Origin: Macrostomum hystrix
Lineage: Eukaryota > Animalia > Platyhelminthes
Direction: 5' to 3'
Length of the DNA stretch: 64,000 bases
Assembly (NCBI GenBank): GCA_950097015.1
Contig: CATNEN010000038.1
Coordinates: forward strand, 34,782,001-34,846,000
Shown here: one piece after another, positions 37,406-48,324 of the stretch
How the letters are laid out: every line of letters begins with the position of its first letter
Numbering within the stretch: position 1 is the stretch's first letter
Program-made: the position numbers and the translations under genes
Notes under the pieces: model-generated
Seen by the model: only the letters and a program-made list of their open reading frames with translations
The model's database searches: none
What the model was told of the DNA's origin: nothing

Positions 37406-38391
37406 TGTTGTACTCGTACTTTAACTAGCTTTGTTGTTAGTTGACCGATGCCGCTGCTTAAGCAGCCATAGACTGTTCTGACCGATGCCGCTGCTTAAGC
37501 AGCCATATAGACTGTTCTGACCGATGCCGCTGCTTAAGCAGCCATAGACTGTTCTGACCGATGCCGCTGCTTAAGCAGCCATAGACTGTTCTGACCGATG
37601 CCGCTGCTTAAGCAGCCTTAGACTGTTCTGACCGATGCCGCTGCTTAAGCAGCCATTGTCTGTTCTGACCGATGCCGCTGCTTAAGCAGCCATAGTCTGT
37701 TCTGACCGATGCCGCTGCTTAAGCAGCCATAGGCTGTTCTGACCGATGCCGCTGCTTAAGCAGCCATAGACTGTTCTGACCGATGCCGCTGCTTAAGCAG
37801 CCATAGACTGTTCTGACCGATGCCGCTGCTTAAGCAGCCATAGACTGTTCTGACCGATGCCGCTGCTTAAGCAGCCATAGACTGTTCTGACCGATGCCGC
37901 TGCTTAAGCAGCCATAGACTGTTCTGACTGATGCCGCTGCTTAAGCAGCCATAGACTGTTCTGACCGATGCCGCTGCTTAAGCAGCCATAGACTGTTCTG
38001 ACTGATGCCGCTGCTTAAGCAGCCATAGACTGTTCTGACTGATGCCGCTGTTTAAGCAGCCATAGAATGTTCTGACTGATGCCGCTGTTTAAGCAGCCAT
38101 AGACTGTTCTGACCGATGCCGCTGTTTAAGCAGCCATAGGCTGTTCTGACTGATGCCGCTGTTTAAGCAGCCATAGGCTGTTCTGACCGATGCCGCTGTT
38201 TAAGCAGCCATAGACTGTTCTGACTGATGCCGCTGCTTAAGCAGCCATAGACTGTTCTGACCGATGCCGCTGTTTAAGCAGCCATAGGCTGTTCTGTACC
38301 CCACTTAACAGGTGCGCGAGGCCCAGCCCCTCGCAAATATATTCACCTTCTTGCGTTCCCTTCTGCATCTCGCATTAGCGACTTAGTTACA
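37406..38391 (+). mobile_element. Probable 3' LTR (~986 bp)
   Basis: Polypurine tract AGGGGAGAAA ends at 37405 directly before TGT; the segment ends ...AGTTACA at 38391, where the ATC microsatellite resumes. Confidence 0.75.
37443..38297. repeat. 37-bp tandem array (~23 copies) with a 14-bp palindrome, inside the LTR
   Basis: Unit GACCGATGCCGCTGCTTAAGCAGCCATAGACTGTTCT; palindrome GCTGCTTAAGCAGC; no spacers. Confidence 0.96.
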
Positions 38392-38556
38392 ATCATCAAT
38401 ATCATCATCAATGTCATCAACATCATCAATATCGTTAATATCATTAATATCGTTAATATCATTAATATCGTTAATATCATCAATATCATTAATATCATCA
38501 ATATCATAAATATCATAAATATCGTTAATATCATCAATATCATCGATATAATCAAT
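38392..38556. repeat. Degenerate ATC/AAT microsatellite (right-hand remainder of the insertion target)
   Basis: ATCATCAAT / ATCGTTAAT / ATCATTAAT units. Confidence 0.9.
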
Positions 38557-40914
38557 ATGCATGCGCACTTTCCTGACACACAATTATTTTGTTCATATAC
38601 ATCTGTACTTGCCAAGTCGTTATGATCTACCGCAATTAGTTATCTAAACTAAACAGTAAAGTGCCTGGAGTACGTGCGTTAAGTGCCTAGATGAGACAGT
38701 TAAAACAAACACATCTTATCAAAATAGATCAAAACATATTGCAATAGTTAGCAATATATCTTATCTGAAGAAGTCGAATGATAAATAGGCAAGGAAGGCA
38801 GTTATTTGAGTACATTAGTTAAACAGTAAGTTTAGTTAACATTACATAAACACGCTAGATTAAAGATTTCTATGAAAACATATATCTAGTTAAATTTACC
38901 TATCATTTGGTTAGATGAAGATCATTGCATTTTGTTACCTGAATTGACTGCCTTGATAATAAATATTCATAAAATTGGCGGCTGGCTTTAAATATCTGAG
39001 CAATGCATAAATTATAACCAGAAGCGAATAATGTACGGAGATAAAACCATTGAAAGAAATATTTCAATTCTTAACGACTAATTCACGAACAGAATCATAT
39101 TGTGTTTACTTTATTTTCAAGTCTTGAAAGCTGCTTTTTAACGTGTATAAAAGGAAGTTTGTACAATTATTAATTTACTCTTAAGTTCTCGCCGAGGTTT
39201 CATACAAAATTTGACATGTGACCCTACCAAAAAGTTTACAGTAGTCATGTGACCCTAACTATTGTTTATTGTACTCGTAGTTTATCATGTGACACTGACC
39301 CATTACCTTTAGTTCACACTGGGGTTATATGACCCTAACCTGTAGTTCACAGTAGTCTTATATGACAATACTGATCACGTGACCCTTCTAATTTTAACCA
39401 TTTCGCGTTCAAAACCTATCCTATTTTCTACTTTTTGTTTTTTCTTGCAGGTGTTGGTTGTCTCTGTCTAAAAATGGTTGGTTTAAAACAAAGACCCTTT
39501 TGTTTGCGAGTGAAATAGTCGGTTTCTAAAAAAGCTTCGCAGCTATATATCGGTCTCGCCCAACATGCCGAAAGTCTTTGTTATGATATACTGCGTTATA
39601 AGCTATACAAATAAGATTATATCAGATAGCAGGCAAATCTGTTTTAGTCTAAAACAAGTCTTGGTTAAAATACCAAACAAAATAAAAAAACTAGTAACAA
39701 AGAGCTCGCTGCATATGGGCGCACGGTTGCGCAGAGGGGTGTCTTGGAAACAAAGACAGGCCGCTGTGCACAGCCACAGCCATTTCCTTCCACCTGTGCC
39801 AACTTCGCCACAATTATCTAAGATCTTTTCAAATGTTATTCCCAGTTTGGTTTAACTTGGCATGCGCGAAATGGGGAATACAGCGGGTGGCCTAGCTCTT
39901 TGTTCATTAATATCGCCTCACCGAGTCAGTCACCGCGCTATCAACTTCCGCAATTGGCAACGACAGGTCGACAGCTCATACAAAGAATAGGCACAAAGAC
40001 CTATAGGGGAAGAATCAACCTCAAATATTAGGCAACCAAGACACGACCACAAAGCGAAACCAATCTTGCGTAATCGAATATCCCATTCAGTCTGCATGCG
40101 AATTGAGGTCTGACACAGTTTAACAGACCTGCCCGTGCGCTGCTCTCGACTCAAATGTTATTTGCTGCTAAGAGGAAAAAAATTGAGCACGCCTCTTTGC
40201 AAGAAATATTGGTCTTTGTCGTCCAGGGATCGATATTTAGCGAGACAAAGAGAGTGATGAATGAGTGAGCGACTCACACACTCCCGTAGCAACATCTGCT
40301 GTCCCACAGAGGTGGGAAAATCACTTTGCCGATTCCTAGTTGAATACAACTAGCCCGTGCATTGATGATGAGTGACTCACAAGCTAACAGCCATTGCAAC
40401 CCTACTCAAACTCTTACTCAAACTCCCATCAATGTCGGCTGACAGAGCCAGAGAGACAGGACAGAAATAAGCAAATATTCGATCCGAAGAAAATGAAACA
40501 TGATTTAAAAAGCTTCCCCCCTGAGGGCAGCTCAGCTTCATCGAGCTGCTCAACCATTATGCTGCTGTACTCAACTCAAAGACAAAATGACTCAAACCCC
40601 AATACTTTATCTTTGATACTTTGTCTTTTCTTCGCTTTCGCCACAGTCATACACTCTAAGGTGGCTAATGAATACACTAAGCCCGCAACAATTATACTTG
40701 AGTTGCTTTTTATTCTGCTCCTATTTTTAGACAAGCCGTATCTTTCACATTTCTTTGTGCTTGGTTCTTTACCTGGACAAGTTGTAAACAAACTAGCCTT
40801 GTTCTGCCTCACGATTCTACCCAATCTCACCCTTCTGCCCCCCAATTCTACCCTCTCCTCCTCTAGCATCTCACCCACTAGCATCTCTACCCTTTCTCCT
40901 CCTTCTTGCCTCTT

Positions 40915-41730
40915 TCCATCTTCCACCCTCTCTCCATTCTACCCTCTCTCCATTCTACTCTCTCTTCATTCTACTCTCTCTCCATTCTACCCTCTCTCCA
41001 TTCTACCCTCTCTCCATTCTACTCTCTCTTCATTCTACTCTCTCTCCATTCTACCCTCTCTCCATTCTACCCTCTCTCCATTCTACCCTCTCTCCATTCT
41101 ACCCTCTCTCCATTCTACCCTCTCTCCATTCTACTCTCTCTCCATTCTACCCTCTCTCCATTCTACCCTCTCTCCATTCTACCCTCTCTCCATTCTACCC
41201 TCTCTCCATTCTACCCTCTCTCCATTCTACCCTCTCTCCATTCTACCCTCTCTCCATTCTACCCTCTCTCCATTCTACCCTCTCTCCATTCTACCCTCTC
41301 TCCATTCTACTCTCTCTCCATTCTACTCTCTCTCCATTCTACCCTCTCTCCATTCTACCCTCTCTCCATTCTACTCTCTCTCCATTCTACCCTCTCTCCA
41401 TTCTACCCTCTCTCCATTCTACCCTCTCTCCATTCTACCCTCTCTCCATTCTACTCTCTCTCCATTCTACTCTCTCTCCATTCTACCCTCTCTCCATTCT
41501 ACCCTCTGTCTTACCTCTTCCCTTTCCCATTCCACCCTGTCTCCCACTTCTTCCCTTTCCCATTCCACCCTGTCTCCCACTTCTTCCCTTTCCCATTCCA
41601 CCCTGTCTCCCACTTCTTCCCTTTCCCATTCCACCCTGTCTCCCACTTCTTCCCTTTCCCATTCCACCCTGTCTCCCACTTCTTCCCTTTCCCATTCTGC
41701 CTTCTCCCACTTCTTCCCTTTCCCATTTTT
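40915..41730. repeat. 16-bp then 33-bp pyrimidine-rich minisatellites
   Basis: TCCATTCTACCCTCTC (~36 copies) to ~41505, then CCCATTCCACCCTGTCTCCCACTTCTTCCCTTT (~6 copies). Confidence 0.95.
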
Positions 41731-42379
41731 TACTCTCATTTTTCACTCCTCCCTTACTCTACTTTCTGTGCCATCTCAACATGCAGTCCTCTTCGCACCT
41801 CTCCTCTCTACTCATTTTGTATGCTCTCTCCCACTCTCCCAAGTGTTATGAGTTCGATCAGTACAAAACAAGAAGTTGATTACATTTTTGCGAGAACAAT
41901 CTGACTGACACGACAAGGTTGATTGTTTTAAAGACTTCTTTGTGAATGAGAAGAGTGGAGAGGCTTCGACCTTGGGAGTACACTGTGGGGTTAGGATCTT
42001 TTTCACATAATAATTGAAGGAAGAAAATGGGGAGTTCAACAGAAGGATAGAGTCAGGACCAATAAGGAAACGGGGAGAGAATTCAGCGGTGCTGATATCA
42101 GCTGTTTGGTCCGCTACTTTTCGCTTCTTTGACAAAATGTGCTATTTCAGTTTGAGCGTGGGGTGTGGCAAGTGAGGGGTAAAGAAGGGGTTGGCAAACA
42201 TCAGCTGACTCGGCCCCGCCTCAAAACAGCCCTAAGGCACATCCACCGCCCCAAATGTACCGAGAAGTGTGACAGGAGGGGTGAGAGAGGTTCACTTAAT
42301 TTGCGAAAGGCTGAAGGCCGCTGGCTCACCACCCCTCCTCCTCAGTCCATTTCAAAATCAATTCTTTAGTTTAGGCTTG

Positions 42380-42505
42380 GGGGAGAAGCGGGCCTGGGGT
42401 GGGTCGGCGCTGATTGGGCACGGGGAACGGCGACCACCCCTCCGCCCAGGGTTGGGGGTTGGGGCGGCAGGCAAGGGTGCTGGAGAAATCTATCTATAAA
42501 GAGAG
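42380..42505 (+). promoter_or_regulatory. Putative cyclin promoter (GC boxes, inverted CCAAT, TATA)
   Basis: G-rich GGGGCGG/CCGCCC motifs, GATTGG near 42412, CTATAAA near 42494, ~250 bp upstream of ATG 42744. Confidence 0.5.
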
Positions 42506-42743
42506 CTGTATTTCCCTCGCTATTCATATATTGAAATCGGCCGGCTATCTGTCTTGTAAGCCGAGAAGATTGGCCCCGGCCTGAGCCAGTGTCTGTCGCT
42601 TATATAACCGCCATAGGCTAGATATAAAGCGCCTATTTTGTAGTACGAACTTATATAGCATAACATTTAGTTTGGCTCTAGTTTCCGTTTTAAGCTTGCT
42701 TTATATTAATTAGATTGCGTTGCATTTTTAATTAGTCTAGCAA

Positions 42744-45716
42744 ATGGTTCAGAATATGTCAGATAATCGCAGGAAAAGACGAAAGCGCAGCAAAAAGTCT
42801 ACCAGCTGCTCTTCCTCATATTCTACTTCTAGTGAAGAATTATCTATTAATAATAATAATCCAACTAATAACAGCAGCAACAGCAATGGCAGCAAGGTGC
42901 AGGTGCGAGAACAGGTGAGTTGCACTGATTATGTTGTGAACAGAATTACATGGCCATTGAGCAGAGTTGAGTCAGACAGTATTTCTTCTTAGAGCAGCTT
43001 TTTCTGGGTTGAGCTTGAGCGTGTGAGTAAAGTAGCTCGTAAATCATTTCTACTCTAGGAGGCACTGCGTGGGGCACAAGGTGCATGCTTACAATGTCAA
43101 TGTGTCACCATTATTTGACCTTCGTTTTAGCAATTAGGATTTATTAAATCTGTTGCTTTCAATTAGGCTATTATGTGAAAATGGAAACAAAGTTCGTTAT
43201 AGTTTACAACATTTAAACAATATTTTGCCAGGTTGCGTCATCTCAAATGGTTGTTGACTGCCAAACGGCGCAGCCGTTGCCGCCGCCACTACCCGACGGT
43301 CTGAAAGAGGGTCTGTATGAGCTGCTTCAATCCGAGATGGCCTACCATCCTAGAACTGACTACCTGCTGAACGATGCGGTAAGAATTCATTCGAATTGGT
43401 GCCAAAATTGATTCGGATAAACACGTGATCCATTTTAGTGGTCATAAAATGTTATATTTTATGATTTTGTTATCGCTACAAGACACCTGTGACTAAATGG
43501 AATTGCTTACCGTGCCTTAAGTCAAACTTTAGCCCTTATAATCGATACTTGTTAATATGTTTTGTTTTAATTAGAATGTGTTTCGAAAATTTATCGAAAA
43601 TAAAATCTACACTGTAATTTGCACTGTTAGGTACAGCATAGATTCAGTCGGAATGCCAGTTTTGGGGATTGAGAAAATGTAGTTTGGAAAAGTCGAAGTG
43701 GAGGCTAGGGATGTTATTTGCTGAATAAGTCTACCACGAACCATTTATTGTTTTCATAAGAAAAGTTTCGAAAAATAATGCACGTCGCGTCTACTGCTAG
43801 TAGGCATGTTTCGATTTTTTTTCAACTTTTTTACAAATCATTGTTTATTGTTTTTTAAGATGTGCGAGGACAAGGTGGACGCCAGCCTTCGAGATGAGGC
43901 AATGTTTAACCTGCGCTTTCTGCACAAATTCTACAATCTGGCCCCTGAATGTTTCGCCCATGCCGTCAACATTACTGACAGATTTTTAGCCAGAGTCAAA
44001 GTCAAGCCGAAGTACATGTCCTGCTTAGCAACTGCGGCCTACCTCATTGCCGCCAAGATGTTTGAAGAGCCGGATGTAAGTTCCTGTGGTGTATTTTATC
44101 TGGCCTAATAGGTCTATGGTTCTTGGACTAGTCCTAAATAGTCTATGGGTCTTGGACTAGTCCTAAATAGTCTATGGGTCTTGGACTAGTCCTAAATAGT
44201 CTATGGGTCTTGGACTAGTCCTAAATAGGTCTACAAAGTCTTGCACTTTTCCTAATGTCTCTAGGGGTTTGTAGCCTAGTGGCTAGAGCGTCGGACTCAT
44301 GAATTAAAGGTCGGGGGTTCGATTCCCGACTCCACTGGAACAATTTGAGCTCTTTAGCAGGACAAATAACTCTGCATTGCTTCAGTTCACCCGGCTGTTA
44401 AAAGGGTACCAGAATCAGCTGAGTAATTGAGGGTGGGTGTGGCGTCCCCCAGTCCATGGACTGAACAGCCGTGCGCAGCTTTCAGATGCACCGCGGAATA
44501 GCTGCTGCTGTGCTGTCGGTTGCACATCTGAACGGATTAAGGGCAGGTGTAATAGATTATTATTATTGGATTTTTGGACTGATCCTAGCAGGTTATTTAG
44601 ATTATGAAATATTCCTAATCAGTGTATGATGTCACGTGGAGCCAGTTGGTTTCTAACGAGTTGCCCAACCCAAATCTCAATTCTTCAGAACTGTCCGTCT
44701 CCTGATAAGCTAGTCCGCTTTGCCTGCTGCGGCGGCTCGCCCAGCGACCTGGAGCGAATGGCTGCCATCATTCGCGTCAAGCTGCGCCCAGTCGTCGCGA
44801 CATTCAACGATGATGGTTCACCTATTGAGCTGCAGCAGCAGCAGCAGCAGCAGCCTGGGCGACTTGAAAGTGCCGTGACTCCGTTGCACTTCTTGTCGAT
44901 GCTGGCGCCTCTGTTTCATAGTCGCATCGAATTTCAACGCGCTATCGGCGATCTAGAGACGTGCCTGTGCTCAGTGGCCGTGTACAGCTGCAGGCCTGCC
45001 CTGCTGGCGTTGTGCGTTGCTAAGCGACACCTACTGACCAAAGTTCACGGGGAGGATGGAGACTACTGCGTCAGTGCGCTCAACTGCATTGCCGAACATT
45101 TACAGGTGAGGAGCTAATAATTATTGCAGGAGGGCTGCGGACAATGGCGCATCATTCGGTGACACTAGACACCAGGAGGCAATTCTTGCCATTTCGCTGA
45201 CTCCTGAGCACACACGCACACAGATACTGTACGCAGGCACACGCTCACACAGGTGTGTACATCTGCCCTGACTGTCTCATCGTCAGGCAGTGTACACTCA
45301 CTGTTGGCCCGGAAGGGCGTAAATTGCACGACAGGCCCCCAAGCCTTCTCTCCGCGGCTGCGCCCCAAATGAATGTGGCCTCACCGCGGAATCGAGCTCA
45401 GGGACCTTGGTGCGAGAGGCAAACGCGTTAACCGCTCTGCCACTCAACCCCAGGTCGAGGAGCTAGCTAGCTACTTTTTCCACTTCTGTCCCTGTTCTCA
45501 GCTCGTTGTATCCGTTCCTCAAATAGTGAAATATCCCCAAACCCGAATATCCCAGCTAACAGCCGCTGACCTGGCCTCTTGCGACAATGTCATCGCCGTT
45601 GAATCGTTGCGTCACCACAGCAGCGGTCGCCGTAGACGACACCTTCAGCCACGGCTGCTATTCTCAGCCGCCACCTGGCCTGGCGCTCGTCGTCTTCGCT
45701 ATCAGCTTCAACGACT

Positions 45717-45761
<45 letters not shown>

Positions 45762-45834
45762 CTGTATGGATAACTCAGTTTGTCTCTCTGTCGGCTGCGG
45801 TTTGGGCACCATCCGTGAGGAACGGAATGTGTAG
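42744..45834 (+). CDS. CCNG: Cyclin G-like protein (cyclin G/I family, ~409 aa); exons 42744-42914, 43232-43378, 43860-44075, 44689-45105, 45556-45834
   Basis: Cyclin box LRDEAMFNLRFLHKFYNLAPECFAHAVNITDRFLARVKVKPKYMSCLATAAYLIAAK, then CCGGSPSDLERMAAIIRVKL and TPLHFL. All junctions are GT-AG and phase 0; basic NLS-like RRKRRKRSKK at the N-terminus. Confidence 0.87.
44102..44232. repeat. 29-bp minisatellite, ~4 copies (cyclin intron 3)
   Basis: Unit GTCTATGGGTCTTGGACTAGTCCTAAATA, containing the palindrome GGACTAGTCC. Confidence 0.9.
44263..44567 (+). mobile_element. tRNA-derived SINE family B (CORE-like), full length
   Basis: TAGCCTAGTGG A box, GGTTCGATTCC B box, CORE-like middle, (ATT)n tail. 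Confidence 0.88.
45117..45456 (-). mobile_element. SINE family A copy at the 5' end of cyclin intron 4, 9-bp TSD
   Basis: Reverse-complement match to 13447-13800; TSD GAGGAGCTA at 45108-45116 and 45457-45465. Confidence 0.9.
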
Positions 45835-45958
45835 CTGATAGAATAATTAACAGTAGAAACACCACGGGGTATTTCAAATGCCCAACTCCTACTTCACGAT
45901 AGCTCCCAAACTAAATGACAGATTTTCGTGAATGTCCATCATGGATCAACATCTACAG

Positions 45959-46873
45959 CAGGGGTAGGCAAACTTATTTGCTGGCGGGCCAAAGAGAGAA
46001 CCTAAAAGACGACAGCGGGCCGCATTGATTGTATAAATATGAGATAGGGGAGAGATGAGACACGGGAGAGATGAGACACGGGAGAGATTAGACACGGGAG
46101 AGATAAGACACGGGAGAGATGAGACACGGGAGAGATGAGACACGGGAGAGATTAGACACGGGAGAGATAAGACACGGGAGAGATGAGACACGGGAGAGAT
46201 AAGACAGGGGAGAGATTAGACACGGGAGAGATGAGACACGGGAGAGATTAGACACGGGAGAGATTAGACACGGGAGAGATGAGACACGGGAGAGATAAGA
46301 CAGGGGAGAGATTAGACACGGGAGAGATGAGACACGGGAGAGATTAGACACGGGAGAGATTAGACACGGGAGAGATAAGACAGGGGAGAGATTGGACACG
46401 GGAGAGATAAGACAGGGGAGAGATTGGACACGGGAGAGATAAGACAGGGGAGAGATTAGACACGGGAGAGATGAGACACGGGAGAGATTAGACACGGGAG
46501 AGATTAGACACGGGAGAGATAAGACAGGGGAGAGATTGGACACGGGAGAGAAAAGACAGGGGAGAGATTAGACACAGGAGAGATTAGACACGGGAGAGAT
46601 AAGACACGAGAGCGATGAGACATGGGAGAGATTAGACACGAGAGCGATGAGACACAGGAGAGATTAGACACGAGAGCGATGAGACACAGGAGAGATTAGA
46701 CACGAGAGCGATGAGACACAGGAGAGATTAGACACGAGAGCGATGAGACACAGGAGAGATTAGACACGGGAGAGATGAAACAGGACAATGTAGATGTCAG
46801 AAAGGGCAACGGGCCGGATTTAGGAGCTTCAAGGGCCGCATCTGGCCCGCGGGCCGGAGTTTGCCGACCCCTG
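45959..46873. mobile_element. Non-autonomous hAT (Charlie-like) MITE with an internal 16-bp minisatellite
   Basis: TIRs CAGGGGTAGGCAAACT / AGTTTGCCGACCCCTG, subterminal GGGCCG motifs, perfect 8-bp TSD ATCTACAG (45951-58, 46874-81); internal GGGAGAGAT(T/G/A)AGACAC array at 46040-46785. Confidence 0.93.
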
Positions 46874-47734
46874 ATCTACAGCCACTATACACTACAATGA
46901 ACTAAATTTCAAAATTTATCCCAGAAGAATCTGATTCATTTTCATCTAGCTGTGCCTGTATACTGTATACTTAATGCTCACTAAGCTTGTTTTCTAGTTT
47001 ATACAAATTTATCTAGAATGCCGTTTTTAGCATTATTCCAGAATTTCATTCTCGGAATAATTTTATTTTCTGTTTCGCTGCTTTTAAGCACCGCAGACAG
47101 CCCCCAATATGAACCGGTGGCAGAAGTTACTCCAGCAGTTGCGTCGTTTCGACTATTTATAAGCTACTCCACAAAAATACAGTTTTAATAGTAACCATAT
47201 GTTTCAGTTTTAAACAACTATATTGTTGTTTCTTAGTGTGTACAGAAAGACTGTTGTTGTACAGTTTTGTTTTTCAGCTACTTTTGTTGTTTCTTTTTTG
47301 TAAATCTATGCACTGAGTTTAGTATTGCTAATAACTGAAATTAAAAGAATGCATTTAAGGGCTTTAATTAAACTTTTCTGTCGCTTGAAACACAACCTGG
47401 TTGATTATGTAAAACTTTTTTGTAAATCCTTTTTATGTAAAACAGTTTTTTGCATGATTTAGATGTTGATCATAATTTATTTTTCTAAATGAAACCAGTT
47501 GCTTTTCTCTAACAATTTCTGATCTGAACTAACTACAATATCTTCACGAATCGATGGCAAACGGAAGCCCGTCTACCATACATTAATTTGGTTTTGAAAA
47601 GTGAATTATGCGTCGATTCACATCTTCAAGTGTAGTGGTATATACTGACTATTCTCGTTGCACTATGAATGTTATAATGTGCAAATCTGTGCTATTTTTT
47701 GTTTATTTGCGTCTTTGAATAGCATCGCTTGGAT

Positions 47735-47890
47735 CCTCTCCTCACATCTCCCCTCTCCTCTCTCCTCTCTTATCTCTCCTCTCTTATCTCTTTTCTCATC
47801 TCTCCTCACCCATCTCCTCCCCTCTCCTCTCCTCATCTCTCCTCTCCTCTGCTCTCGCCTATCCCCTATTCTCTCTCCTCTTTCTCTTCG
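47735..47890. repeat. CT-rich low-complexity tract
   Basis: Irregular CTCTC/CTCCT units. Confidence 0.8.
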
Positions 47891-48324
47891 TCAAGGTGCC
47901 GGATCGCCAATTATACAGATCAGACTAGCGCTCTTTCCAGTGTAAACACGACTTGTTTTTTTTAACAGATTGTCACATTTCGTTCAGCATTATATAGTGT
48001 TGGCACCTGCACATTGTTCGCTGAGTTTAACAAATCGCAGCAGCCAACTGATTATTTAGTTATCAGTAGTCAATTCGCTCGCGTCTGTCAGGCTTATACA
48101 TGTTCAAAGGTGTTTTATGCGAACTGCTGTGTTAAAAATGCAATTTTTGAAATCATTCGTTTCCACATCATGGCGGAAGTGTGCAACAACAAGCTTCTTA
48201 AATCTGTGTTGCTGCTTTGTACATTTATTTATAAAAAATAATAATATGATTAAAAAATATAGTGATACATAGCTTTTATTATATTGTATAATACAAAAAG
48301 CTATATTGGCTATTTTTACTTTTT

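Larger units (their letters stand above)
34079..38391 (+). mobile_element. Decayed Ty3/Gypsy LTR retrotransposon, 5'-truncated (gag knuckles, protease, RT, RNase H, integrase, PPT, 3' LTR)
   Basis: CYSCGKEGHLSREC and CYVCGNTGH knuckles; protease ALVDTGCS; RT KVRPVMDYRELN, IDLRKAYLQ, YCLTRLGFG, YxDD; RNase H WSDASS, AELEAV, TDSATV, NKADALTR; integrase H..HHFGV...CIRC, LACDVTHF, LLDNSATF. PR-RT-RH-IN order; several stops and frameshifts. Confidence 0.93.

Noticed and set aside
37443-38297. CRISPR array (37-bp palindromic repeat)
   Set aside because: Units are head-to-tail with no unique spacers, there are no cas genes, the context is eukaryotic, and the array sits between a PPT and an LTR end.
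40394-41904. 485-aa and 332-aa S/L/P-rich ORFs
   Set aside because: Driven by 16- and 33-bp CT repeats; the unique N-terminal part has no recognisable domain.
44263-44336. tRNA gene
   Set aside because: The tRNA-like head continues into a SINE body and tail found in three copies; the same holds for 13447-13520.
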